Of a DNA stretch of 32,000 nucleotides, positions 22,439-30,690 are shown piece by piece; the stretch's first letter is position 1, and every line of letters starts with the position of its first letter. The notes under the pieces are model-generated. The model was not told the DNA's origin and ran no database searches. It saw only the letters and a program-made list of their open reading frames with translations. Position numbers and translations under genes: made by a program. The DNA lies in the NCBI GenBank assembly GCA_046533775.1, contig JAWDOO010000002.1:60001-92000 (forward strand), written 5' to 3'. The stretch is from Candidatus Nanopusillus sp. Lineage in GTDB: Archaea; Nanobdellota; Nanobdellia; Nanobdellales; Nanobdellaceae.

Positions 22439-22960
22439 ATGATAATTAGACTCCATCAAGCATTATCATCATTTATAACCTATATTATATTTTTCTATAT
22501 ATTTAATTTTGACAAGTTATCTTCAATAATTATATCAATAATTGTTGGACTTATTTGTGTAATACCTGATTATGATTTTAAAATTTATAACTGGGCAAAT
22601 AAACAATATAAAAATATAAATAAATCAAAAATTTTAAAATATCTATTATATCCATACTATCTATTTATTTTATTTTTATTAAAATTATTTAAACATAGAG
22701 GATTTACTCATTCAATATTCCCAGTAATAATATTTTTCCTTTTAGGATTATTTATAATGAAAATATTTTATTTATTTTCTTTAGCATTTTTATTACATAT
22801 TATTGAAGATTCATTAACAGTTTCTGGAATTACTCCATTATATCCATTATCAAACTATAAATTTGTTATACCAATTTTAAATAATAGAAAAAATAGAAAA
22901 TTACAAGAATATCTATCTTATATAATTTATATTATGTTTTTTGCAATAATTTTGTTATGA
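22439..22960 (+). CDS. Membrane-bound metal-dependent hydrolase, YdjM/DUF457 family
   Basis: Several TM segments with the conserved HRGFTHS and HIIEDSLTVSGI.PLYPL motifs. I set the start at ATG 22439, because the ORF-track start at 22427 is a TTG. Confidence 0.55.
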   Translation: MIIRLHQALSSFITYIIFFYIFNFDKLSSIIISIIVGLICVIPDYDFKIYNWANKQYKNINKSKILKYLLYPYYLFILFLLKLFKHRGFTHSIFPVIIFFLLGLFIMKIFYLFSLAFLLHIIEDSLTVSGITPLYPLSNYKFVIPILNNRKNRKLQEYLSYIIYIMFFAIILL

Positions 22961-23487
22961 GGATATTTATAGCAATAGATTTACCAGAAAGAATAAAAGA
23001 TGAAATAGAGAAAATTAGAAAAGGTTTAAGGGGTATATATGGAAAACCTGTTGAAAAAGAAAATTTTCATATAACATTAAAATTCATTGGAGATGTTCAA
23101 CCAAATATATTTGAAAAAATAAAGGAAGAATTAAATAATGTAAAATATAATAAATTTAGTATAAAAATTGGTAATATTGGAACTTTTGGAGATAGAGTAG
23201 TTTGGATAGGTGTATATGAGGGATATGAAAATATAATTAATTTACATAATTTAATAGATGAACAATTATATAAAATAAAAATTGATAAAGATTATAATTT
23301 TTCCCCACATATTACATTATATAGAATAAAAGAAATATTAAATAAAAAAGAATTTAAAGAATCAATTGAAAAATTATCTAAATATATATCTGATGATATT
23401 TTAATAGATAGATTTTATATAAAACAAAGTATATTAAGACCTGAAGGTCCATTATATATAAATATGGCAGAATACAAATTATTATAA
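22957..23487 (+). CDS. thpR: RNA 2',3'-cyclic phosphodiesterase (ThpR/LigT, 2H phosphoesterase)
   Basis: MRIFIAIDLP.. N-terminus and two H-x-T-x motifs (FHITLKF and PHITLYR) at the expected spacing. It is 176 aa. Confidence 0.75.
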   Translation: MRIFIAIDLPERIKDEIEKIRKGLRGIYGKPVEKENFHITLKFIGDVQPNIFEKIKEELNNVKYNKFSIKIGNIGTFGDRVVWIGVYEGYENIINLHNLIDEQLYKIKIDKDYNFSPHITLYRIKEILNKKEFKESIEKLSKYISDDILIDRFYIKQSILRPEGPLYINMAEYKLL

Positions 23488-23488
23488 A
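23481..23488 (+). promoter_or_regulatory. TATA-box-like ATTATAAA, exactly 32 nt upstream of the rpl40e ATG
   Basis: ATTATAAA at 23481-23488 overlaps the thpR stop codon. Confidence 0.35.
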
Positions 23489-23512
23489 TATTATTGATAA
23501 TCTATTTTTATA

Positions 23513-23710
23513 ATGGCTTCAAACTTATTACCAGAAATTAAAGCAAGGAAATTTGATAGGATATTTATATGCAGAAAATGTGGAGCTAGGATTAGAGCAA
23601 ATCCTGATAAAGTAAGGGCTGGTCTTGTTAGATGCAGAAAATGCAAATCAACAGCACTAAGACCAAAGAAATCAGAAATTACATTAGTAGCAGGAAAAAC
23701 TACTAAATAA
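23513..23710 (+). CDS. rpl40e: 50S ribosomal protein L40e (eL40)
   Basis: ICRKCGARIRAN...A..CRKCKSTALRPKK shows the eL40 zinc-ribbon pattern. It is 65 aa. Confidence 0.85.
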   Translation: MASNLLPEIKARKFDRIFICRKCGARIRANPDKVRAGLVRCRKCKSTALRPKKSEITLVAGKTTK

Positions 23711-24814
23711 ATGAGTTATAATTTATATATATCAAATAGTAGTGCTCTTAGCATATTAATAACTTTTTTAGTTATTAATATAATATTTATATTTTTAAAA
23801 ATTTTTAAAAAAGAAAACACAGATTATAAATTTATTTATGGAATGTTCAGGACAAAAAAATTAATAGAAATAATGAAAAAAATCTCTAATACAAAATTTT
23901 CAAAATTTTTATCAATATCATCATTAATTTTGGGTCCTATATTAATAACTTTAGCAGTTTTCTTCTTATTTTTTGGAATTTTAACAAAAACCCCAACATA
24001 TGCCCCAGCATTGCCTGGTATATCATATGGTCCTATAACATTGCCTGTAATACAAACAATAATTTCAATCTTTATAGCAGCTTTTATACATGAATTTGCT
24101 CATGGTATTTTAGTATATAAAAATAATCTAGATTTAAAATCTTGGGGATTCTTTTATTTAGGACCTTTAATAGGTGCCTTTGTAGAACCAGATGAGAAAG
24201 AAATTGAAAAATTAAATAAAAAAGAACAAATAAAGATATATAGCGCTGGTGCTGCTATAAATATAATTGCTGGATTAATTTTTTTATTTTTATTTTTATT
24301 TTCTTTATATATAATTTCTATATTTAATCTAGTAACACCATATGTAAAAATATTATACACCCTACCAAATACATATGCATATAATGTTATCCCAAATAAT
24401 ACAATTTTATATTCTATTAATGGAAATCAAATATTATACTTAAATCAAATTGAAGGGATTTTAAATAATACCAAACCTGGAGAATATATTTTATTAAATA
24501 CAAGTGCTGGATTATTTAATATTGAACTAACTAATAAAGATGGCAAACCATTTATAGGAATTGTAGTTGAACAAGAATATAATTATAAAATTCCTGGAAT
24601 TGATTTTATTGAATCATTATTATTCTGGTTATTTGTAATAAATGTTGGACTTGGTATAGGTAATATGATACCAATATATCCTTTAGATGGGGGTAAAACT
24701 ATGAAATCTATATTGGAAATATTTTTAGATAAAAAAGAGTCCAGAATAATTTCTTTATCTTTATCAATAATATTATTAGCCCTAATATTATATAATATAT
24801 CGTTTATTCTCTAG
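23711..24814 (+). CDS. Site-2 protease family (M50) intramembrane zinc metalloprotease with an inserted PDZ-like region
   Basis: HEFAHGIL (HExxH) lies in a TM segment. The second motif VINVGLGIGNMIPIYPLDGG (NxxPxxxLDG) is present, along with multiple TM helices. Confidence 0.75.
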   Translation: MSYNLYISNSSALSILITFLVINIIFIFLKIFKKENTDYKFIYGMFRTKKLIEIMKKISNTKFSKFLSISSLILGPILITLAVFFLFFGILTKTPTYAPALPGISYGPITLPVIQTIISIFIAAFIHEFAHGILVYKNNLDLKSWGFFYLGPLIGAFVEPDEKEIEKLNKKEQIKIYSAGAAINIIAGLIFLFLFLFSLYIISIFNLVTPYVKILYTLPNTYAYNVIPNNTILYSINGNQILYLNQIEGILNNTKPGEYILLNTSAGLFNIELTNKDGKPFIGIVVEQEYNYKIPGIDFIESLLFWLFVINVGLGIGNMIPIYPLDGGKTMKSILEIFLDKKESRIISLSLSIILLALILYNISFIL

Positions 24815-25376
24815 AAACTTTTCTCATAAATATTTTATCTGTTAATAAATTATATATATCTCCAACATAATCTACTTTTCTTCTTATATCATAATTTTTA
24901 AATTCCATATACAACATATTTTTATATATTTCATATATAATTTCCCTAGCTTTTTCTGCAAACTCTAAATTATTCTTTAACATTTCTTCTATTGATTTTC
25001 TATATAATTCTCCAACAAAATCCATCAATCCCATAACATATGAATACTCATCAACATTTAATTCATCATTCTTTGGTATTCTATTATTTAATATAAAATT
25101 ATAGAATATTTTTGCTTCCGCATATTCCTGATAATTTATTAAAGCATTATTATATAATCTTGGTTCTTCTCTCACAATTTTATCTATTTCTTCTTTATAT
25201 TTATCCATTTCAACCATGTATTCATTTGCAGATTTTATATCACCTCTTATTACTGAATATATTATTGATTTTGATGTTCTATTTAATTTTACTCCCAATT
25301 CAACTATTTTATCTTTTTTATTTTCAAATTCTTTAAATTTTTCTTTTAGATTTTCTATATATTCCTTTTCTATCAT
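24804..25376 (-). CDS. Translin-family protein (COG2178)
   Basis: YQEYAEAKIFYNFI..DEYSYVMGLMDFVGELYRKSIEEMLKNNLEFAEKAREIIYEIYKNM..FKNYDIRRKVDYV follows the translin pattern (QEy.EA...........Yl.Gl.D..GEL.R.......gd...a.........y..l......lR.K.D). Confidence 0.6.
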   Translation of the reverse strand: MIEKEYIENLKEKFKEFENKKDKIVELGVKLNRTSKSIIYSVIRGDIKSANEYMVEMDKYKEEIDKIVREEPRLYNNALINYQEYAEAKIFYNFILNNRIPKNDELNVDEYSYVMGLMDFVGELYRKSIEEMLKNNLEFAEKAREIIYEIYKNMLYMEFKNYDIRRKVDYVGDIYNLLTDKIFMRKVSRE

Positions 25377-25380
25377 TCTT

Positions 25381-26502
25381 TTATTTTGAAAATAAATGTT
25401 TTATATACATTGTAGCAAAGGAACCCTTATCTAAGATAAAAGAAATTATAATAGTATTATTATTTATATTATATTCTAGATTTTTTATTTCTGAAAGAAT
25501 ATTTCTTTCTGTTGATAATAATGTTAAAGATGGCTTATCTTCAAATTTTAATTCTTCATAATTTATTCCTTCTTCTTTTAATATATCTCTATATATATTA
25601 TTATCTTTTATATCATATCCAACCAATGGGAATTTTATATCTTTTAATTTTTCAATTTCTTTTTTATCCTTAATTATATAAAATTTCCCAATTTTTGTTT
25701 CTATAAAATATTCTTCTCCATAATTATTTTTTATATAATTAGATAATAATTTATTCCATAAATATGATTGATATGAGTGAACAAACATCTTTAATAATCT
25801 CTTTGGTATATATTTTAATGCTCTTTTATAATTTTCTTCTCTTGATAAATAATTTAATAATGATCTTTCAATATCTAAATAATTTGGAAATATTTTTAAT
25901 GCCTCCCTAAATTTACCCCAATTTTCATATAAGAATTTTCTTGCCCTTATTGCATCTTTATTTTTTTCATTTTCATAATCCGTTAAAAATAATTTTATTG
26001 CATTCTCATAATCTCTCTTAATTATATATTTCCCAATTATATAATTATTTCCTCTATTTCCAAATCTTTGATCATCAAAATAATTAAAATAATATCTATC
26101 AAATATTTCTATATTTTTATTAAATATGTTAATTTCTTCATTGCTCAATTCTCTTATAGTTATTCTAAAATAGTTATATTTTATATCAGAAATCTTTAAT
26201 GGTTCATCATAAGATCCAACATATTTTAAATATATATTCCCAAAATTATATTCATCTTTAAACTCATTAAAATTTCTTATTGCAATATATTGCTCTGATA
26301 ATGTATTTTTATCTTTTTCTCCTGCAAAATATATTTTTCTTTTTGAAATATGTAACTTTCTTGCAATTATTTTAATTGCATTTATTGTATTTATATTTCT
26401 TTTCCTCATTAAAAAATATCTAAATGTTTCTCCCTCTTTCTTTTTATCTAAATCAATTATTTCTTTAACAATAAAATCTTCTGGTTTTTCTTTTATTTTC
26501 AT
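25381..26502 (-). CDS. truD: tRNA pseudouridine(13) synthase TruD/Pus7
   Basis: PEDFIVKEI at the N-terminus, the catalytic-Asp motif IYFAGEKDKNTLSEQYI, and YFDDQRFG (the NYFG.QRFG motif). Confidence 0.8.
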   Translation of the reverse strand: MKIKEKPEDFIVKEIIDLDKKKEGETFRYFLMRKRNINTINAIKIIARKLHISKRKIYFAGEKDKNTLSEQYIAIRNFNEFKDEYNFGNIYLKYVGSYDEPLKISDIKYNYFRITIRELSNEEINIFNKNIEIFDRYYFNYFDDQRFGNRGNNYIIGKYIIKRDYENAIKLFLTDYENEKNKDAIRARKFLYENWGKFREALKIFPNYLDIERSLLNYLSREENYKRALKYIPKRLLKMFVHSYQSYLWNKLLSNYIKNNYGEEYFIETKIGKFYIIKDKKEIEKLKDIKFPLVGYDIKDNNIYRDILKEEGINYEELKFEDKPSLTLLSTERNILSEIKNLEYNINNNTIIISFILDKGSFATMYIKHLFSK

Positions 26503-27654
26503 TTATATTCTAAATTCCCATTCCCACATTTCCTTTGCTAACTTTCCATCATACATAAACTTATCAATATTAATATTCTTTTTTCTTTCTTGTATATTAC
26601 TTAAAAATTCCCATATTTTTTTAGCAGTATATTCTTTCAATTCTCCTGTTGTTAATTCTCCCATTATATATTTCTCTCTTATTTCTTTTAATTTATAGTC
26701 ATCTTCTTCAAATAATACGGATAACCAGAAATATGAAACATCAATATCTGGATTTCCTCCATATTTTCTATGTTCTTCTAATGTACTTCTACCACCAGAA
26801 AATGCATATTTAAATATTTTATATTTTATCGTATCATAATCGTCATCAATAAATATAGCAGATTTTGGATCTGAAGCACTCATTTTTGTATATGGACCCT
26901 GCAATCCCCATACAAATTTTGATAAAATTGTAGAAGCTTTATAATATCCAAATTTTTCTGCAATATCTCTTTGTAATCTAAAATATGGATCTTGATCAAT
27001 TCCACAAGGAATTAAAGGGATATTTCTTTCAAAGAATGTTGGAACAATTTGCAATGCAATATAAAATGGTAAACCAATTGTTGAATTATCATCAAATCCA
27101 AAAACAGATTTTGCAGTATTTAGATTTATTTCTCTTGCAATATAAATTGCAGCTTTATACATGTTTTTTATATATTCAGAATCTATAAATATGAATGTTT
27201 TATCCGGATCAAATCCAAGAGAAGCTATTGTTTTTGCATCTTCCAATGCATATTCTCTTATTTCTTCATAATTATCTGCCTTTTTTTCCCAATATTTTTC
27301 TTCATCTGGTATTTGTATATATACATTTACATTAAACTTTTCTTGAAACCATTTAGTTAGTAAAAATGGAATTAGATGACCAATATGCATTTTACTTTTA
27401 GAAGGTGCTCTTCCAGTATATAAGAAAAATCTTTTTCCTTCATTATATTTATTTAATAATATATCAAAATCTCTATGTGCATAGAAAAATTTTCTCCTTA
27501 ACAAAACATGTAAATCTCCTGTTATATATTTTAAATTATTTAATATAACATCATCAATTTCTTTTACACCAAAGAATTTTATTAATTTTTCATAATCTTT
27601 TTCTTCCTTTACATTTGCATCATATATATTTATAATATCTTTATATTCATTCAT
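26503..27654 (-). CDS. trpS: Tryptophan--tRNA ligase (archaeal/eukaryal type)
   Basis: YTGRAPSKSKMHIGHLIPF (HIGH region) and KMSASDPKSAIFIDD (KMSAS). It is 383 aa. Confidence 0.85.
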   Translation of the reverse strand: MNEYKDIINIYDANVKEEKDYEKLIKFFGVKEIDDVILNNLKYITGDLHVLLRRKFFYAHRDFDILLNKYNEGKRFFLYTGRAPSKSKMHIGHLIPFLLTKWFQEKFNVNVYIQIPDEEKYWEKKADNYEEIREYALEDAKTIASLGFDPDKTFIFIDSEYIKNMYKAAIYIAREINLNTAKSVFGFDDNSTIGLPFYIALQIVPTFFERNIPLIPCGIDQDPYFRLQRDIAEKFGYYKASTILSKFVWGLQGPYTKMSASDPKSAIFIDDDYDTIKYKIFKYAFSGGRSTLEEHRKYGGNPDIDVSYFWLSVLFEEDDYKLKEIREKYIMGELTTGELKEYTAKKIWEFLSNIQERKKNINIDKFMYDGKLAKEMWEWEFRI

Positions 27655-27686
27655 TTATCAAATATCAAAATTAATTATATAAATAT

Positions 27687-27770
27687 GCCGCGGTGCCCGA
27701 GCGGACAAAGGGGTATGGCTCGAGACCATATCCCCGAAAGGGGGCGTGGGTTCAAATCCCACCCGCGGCG
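27687..27770 (+). tRNA. tRNA-Ser (anticodon CGA)
   Basis: Acceptor GCCGCGG/CCGCGGC. The anticodon stem is TATGG/CCATA with loop CTCGAGA (anticodon CGA). The long variable arm is TCCCCGAAAGGGGGC and the T arm is GTGGG-TTCAAAT-CCCAC, with discriminator G. Confidence 0.9.
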
Positions 27771-27778
27771 TTTATAAA
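27771..27778 (+). promoter_or_regulatory. TATA-box-like TTTATAAA, 30 nt upstream of the ATG at 27801
   Basis: Exact TTTATAAA begins on the nucleotide after the tRNA-Ser 3' end. Confidence 0.35.
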
Positions 27779-27800
27779 AATTTAAATTCAAAAATATGAA

Positions 27801-28400
27801 ATGAATGAAAATTTATTAGAATTCTTAAATAGTTTAAATATTTATTCAAAGATTACATATATATCAAGTATTTTGGGTTTTTCATCATATTTATTATTTA
27901 TAATTCTCTCTTTTTTCTCTACATATAATACTACTATGAGTCCATTTACATTAATATTTAGTCCATCTCTATCCTTATCCATATTATATATTTTCCTTAA
28001 TTTAATTAATCTAGGGACAATTTTAATTATATTAATTATTATTTCTATTATTTCATATTTTATATCTATAGAATACTTAAAGAAGATATTTAGGATAATT
28101 GAAAAAATAATAAATAAAGAATATTATCCAAATAATTTGTTTTCAATGATATATATAGGAATACTAATATCTATTTTTATTACATATCCTGGTTTAATAA
28201 TTATTGGTATATCAAATTATTTAATATTAAAGAAATTATATAATGTTGTTGTTCATTTAAATAATCAAAATATAAATAAATATTTTAAAATATCTATAAT
28301 GGGGTCTATATTTCCATTATTATTAATATTATCATTTATTGGATTTTATTATATTAATAGAGAATTAAGTAAATATAATTTAAATAGTAATTCTTTTTAA
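27801..28400 (+). CDS. Hypothetical polytopic membrane protein (199 aa)
   Basis: About 5-6 hydrophobic segments (for example ILGFSSYLLFIILSFF, ILIILIIISIISYFI, MIYIGILISIFITYPGLIIIGI, GSIFPLLLILSFIGFYYI). I recognise no motif. Confidence 0.5.
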   Translation: MNENLLEFLNSLNIYSKITYISSILGFSSYLLFIILSFFSTYNTTMSPFTLIFSPSLSLSILYIFLNLINLGTILIILIIISIISYFISIEYLKKIFRIIEKIINKEYYPNNLFSMIYIGILISIFITYPGLIIIGISNYLILKKLYNVVVHLNNQNINKYFKISIMGSIFPLLLILSFIGFYYINRELSKYNLNSNSF

Positions 28401-28919
28401 TTCTTCTTCTATTTCTTTTAATTTTTCTCCCAAATTATATATAGAATCTCTTCCCTTTACAGTTATTAAATTTCTATCTACTACATAATCTGCATTTGTT
28501 ACTAATTTTACTCCAAAATCTGGAAAAAATTTTAAATATTGCGGATATTCATCATAATTATATGTTATTGTTCTTCCAGCCAATAAACCAGATTTTAAAA
28601 AAGCTATTTGGGATAGAGAAGATAATATAACTGTCCTATATGAATTTATAAATCTTGTAAATATTGCTTGAGATTCTACACTTAAAAATTCTTTGTATCC
28701 TTCATCAGAAATATATATTAACCTATCAAAATGGTTTTCTTTCATTAAAAATATTTCATGTATATCAAAATCTGGTAATACTTTACTTTTATATTTTCCT
28801 ATTCCAATTTTTCTATTTTTTATAGCAATATATGTTCTACCATCCAATATATCTAAAAAGTTAAAAAGATCGTCTTCATCAAATCCTTTGCTTGATAATA
28901 TTATTAAATTCATTTTCAT
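28380..28919 (-). CDS. DJ-1/PfpI-fold protein lacking the nucleophile Cys
   Basis: It aligns by eye to PfpI. NLIILSSKGFDEDDL resembles the N-terminal strand/helix, and VILSSLSQIAFLKSGLLAGRTIT occupies the v.aiChGp..L..aGlL.Gr..T nucleophile elbow with Ser in place of Cys-His. YVVDRNLITVKG resembles vV.Dgn.iTs.g. Confidence 0.5.
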   Translation of the reverse strand: MKMNLIILSSKGFDEDDLFNFLDILDGRTYIAIKNRKIGIGKYKSKVLPDFDIHEIFLMKENHFDRLIYISDEGYKEFLSVESQAIFTRFINSYRTVILSSLSQIAFLKSGLLAGRTITYNYDEYPQYLKFFPDFGVKLVTNADYVVDRNLITVKGRDSIYNLGEKLKEIEEELKRITI

Positions 28920-28983
28920 TAGATATATAAGTATCTTCTAATATATTAAAATTTTTATTTTCCAACATCTTTTAAATTGATAT

Positions 28984-30666
28984 ATGCAAAACATAAAAAT
29001 TGATGATTTAAGGAATGAAAATATTGAGGATAATAAACATAAAATATTAGAAATAAAACTTATATTAGATAATCCAAATATAAAAATGGAACAAATATAT
29101 TTTTGGCTTGTAGATTTTATTAGAGATAGTTTAAAAATGGATATTAATAAATTATCAGATGATTTTACATCATCTGTTGCATCTTCATTTTTTGGAGAGA
29201 TGGGTCAAAGATTATCAAATGTATTAAATAATGCAAGATCATTGGCAGAATTAATTAATGCATTGACAAGAACAATTATTTCTATTTTAAATGAATATAA
29301 ACAGCTTTATTCAATATATGTTTTATACGAAAATTTATTATCAAAAAATAAAGAAGAAGCTATTGCAAGTTATACAGAATTAAAAGATAGATGGTTATCT
29401 TATGTTGATTCTACAAGGGGTGCAGGTGCTTTAAGGAATTTACAAACATCAAGGTTTCCAAGTATTGTAGATCTATTTTTTCTAGCAGAGCTAAAATCTG
29501 AATTAGAAAAACTTAAGAATAAAAAATTAATAGGAGAAGAATTATATAATGAATTATTTAATAATCAAGAAAATACTGTTCCAAGAGATTTAAATGAATT
29601 ATTTAATAATGGGATAATAAATAGAAGAATATATAATTTATTAAATAGTAGATTAATAGATTTTTATAGTTGGCTTGAAAATAATAAAAAAGTTTTATAT
29701 GATAGAATAATTTTATTAAAATCTTATTTAAAACATGAATTAAGCTCATTATTATATTATGTTGAATTTGCAAAACCATATTTTAAATTTGCAAGAAAAT
29801 TATTACAAAGTCCTGATCAACCTGTAGATGTTGTAAATGCATTTGAAACAGCAATTATAAATATTTCATTAATAGCAAATCAAAATGAGATAAAAGTAAA
29901 AGAATATAACGAAAAAGAAGGAAAAGAAATAGAAAAGTCTTATATACCATTATATGAAATTGATATGAAAGCAAGAGCAATACCCACTGTAGTTGGAAGA
30001 ACAGATTCATATACAAGAATGTATTCTTTCTTAGGAAGGATTGATATAGTACTTAGAGCATATTTAGTTGAAAAAGAAGAATATGATTCAATAATAATAA
30101 ATCAGGAAAGTGAAGATTTAACATATATAACTGGATTAACAGATGATTATATAAAAAGTATGTCTGATTTAATTTTAGAAACATTTTTATATGATATAAT
30201 AAAAAGTGATGAAAATTTATTAAAAATAGTTGCTGAAAAATCTAATGTAAAACCAGAAGAAATAAAAAATGACCCTTATAAAATAAGATGGACAAGGGAA
30301 CTTTTAGAAGAATTAGAAAAAGATGAAAAAATAAAAAGAGCATTATCAAGTATTACATGGATAAAAAAATATCTTGAAAGTGAAAAAAAAGAGAAAAAAG
30401 AAGATAAAAAGGAGGAAAAGAAAGAAGAAAAAAAAGAATCAAGTATTTCATTAATATTCCCAAATTTAGGAAATATTATAATATGGTTACTTAAATTTAT
30501 ATCAACTTTTGGCAAAGATATCACAAGTATTGAAAAAAATATAAAAAAGAAAAATATTGAAGAGGAAAAAAAATCAATAATTGATGAAACAAAAGAAAAG
30601 ACAATAGATACTGCATGGAAAATATATATGACATTTAAAAAGACATTCGGTATGTTAAATTATTAA
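28984..30666 (+). CDS. Hypothetical 560-aa protein: helical, with a KE-repeat linker and a C-terminal hydrophobic segment
   Basis: Long clean ATG ORF. It has a low-complexity stretch EKKEKKEDKKEEKKEEKKE followed by a hydrophobic segment ISLIFPNLGNIIIWLLKFISTFG. I recognise no catalytic motif. Confidence 0.55.
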   Translation: MQNIKIDDLRNENIEDNKHKILEIKLILDNPNIKMEQIYFWLVDFIRDSLKMDINKLSDDFTSSVASSFFGEMGQRLSNVLNNARSLAELINALTRTIISILNEYKQLYSIYVLYENLLSKNKEEAIASYTELKDRWLSYVDSTRGAGALRNLQTSRFPSIVDLFFLAELKSELEKLKNKKLIGEELYNELFNNQENTVPRDLNELFNNGIINRRIYNLLNSRLIDFYSWLENNKKVLYDRIILLKSYLKHELSSLLYYVEFAKPYFKFARKLLQSPDQPVDVVNAFETAIINISLIANQNEIKVKEYNEKEGKEIEKSYIPLYEIDMKARAIPTVVGRTDSYTRMYSFLGRIDIVLRAYLVEKEEYDSIIINQESEDLTYITGLTDDYIKSMSDLILETFLYDIIKSDENLLKIVAEKSNVKPEEIKNDPYKIRWTRELLEELEKDEKIKRALSSITWIKKYLESEKKEKKEDKKEEKKEEKKESSISLIFPNLGNIIIWLLKFISTFGKDITSIEKNIKKKNIEEEKKSIIDETKEKTIDTAWKIYMTFKKTFGMLNY

Positions 30667-30690
30667 ATTCAGAAATATCATTATATATAA

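Noticed and set aside
30381-30438. Purine-only low-complexity run (gaaaaaaaagagaaaaaagaagataaaaaggaggaaaagaaagaagaaaaaaaagaa)
   Set aside because: It encodes the in-frame KE-repeat linker of the 560-aa protein. It is not a DNA repeat element or a CRISPR-like array.
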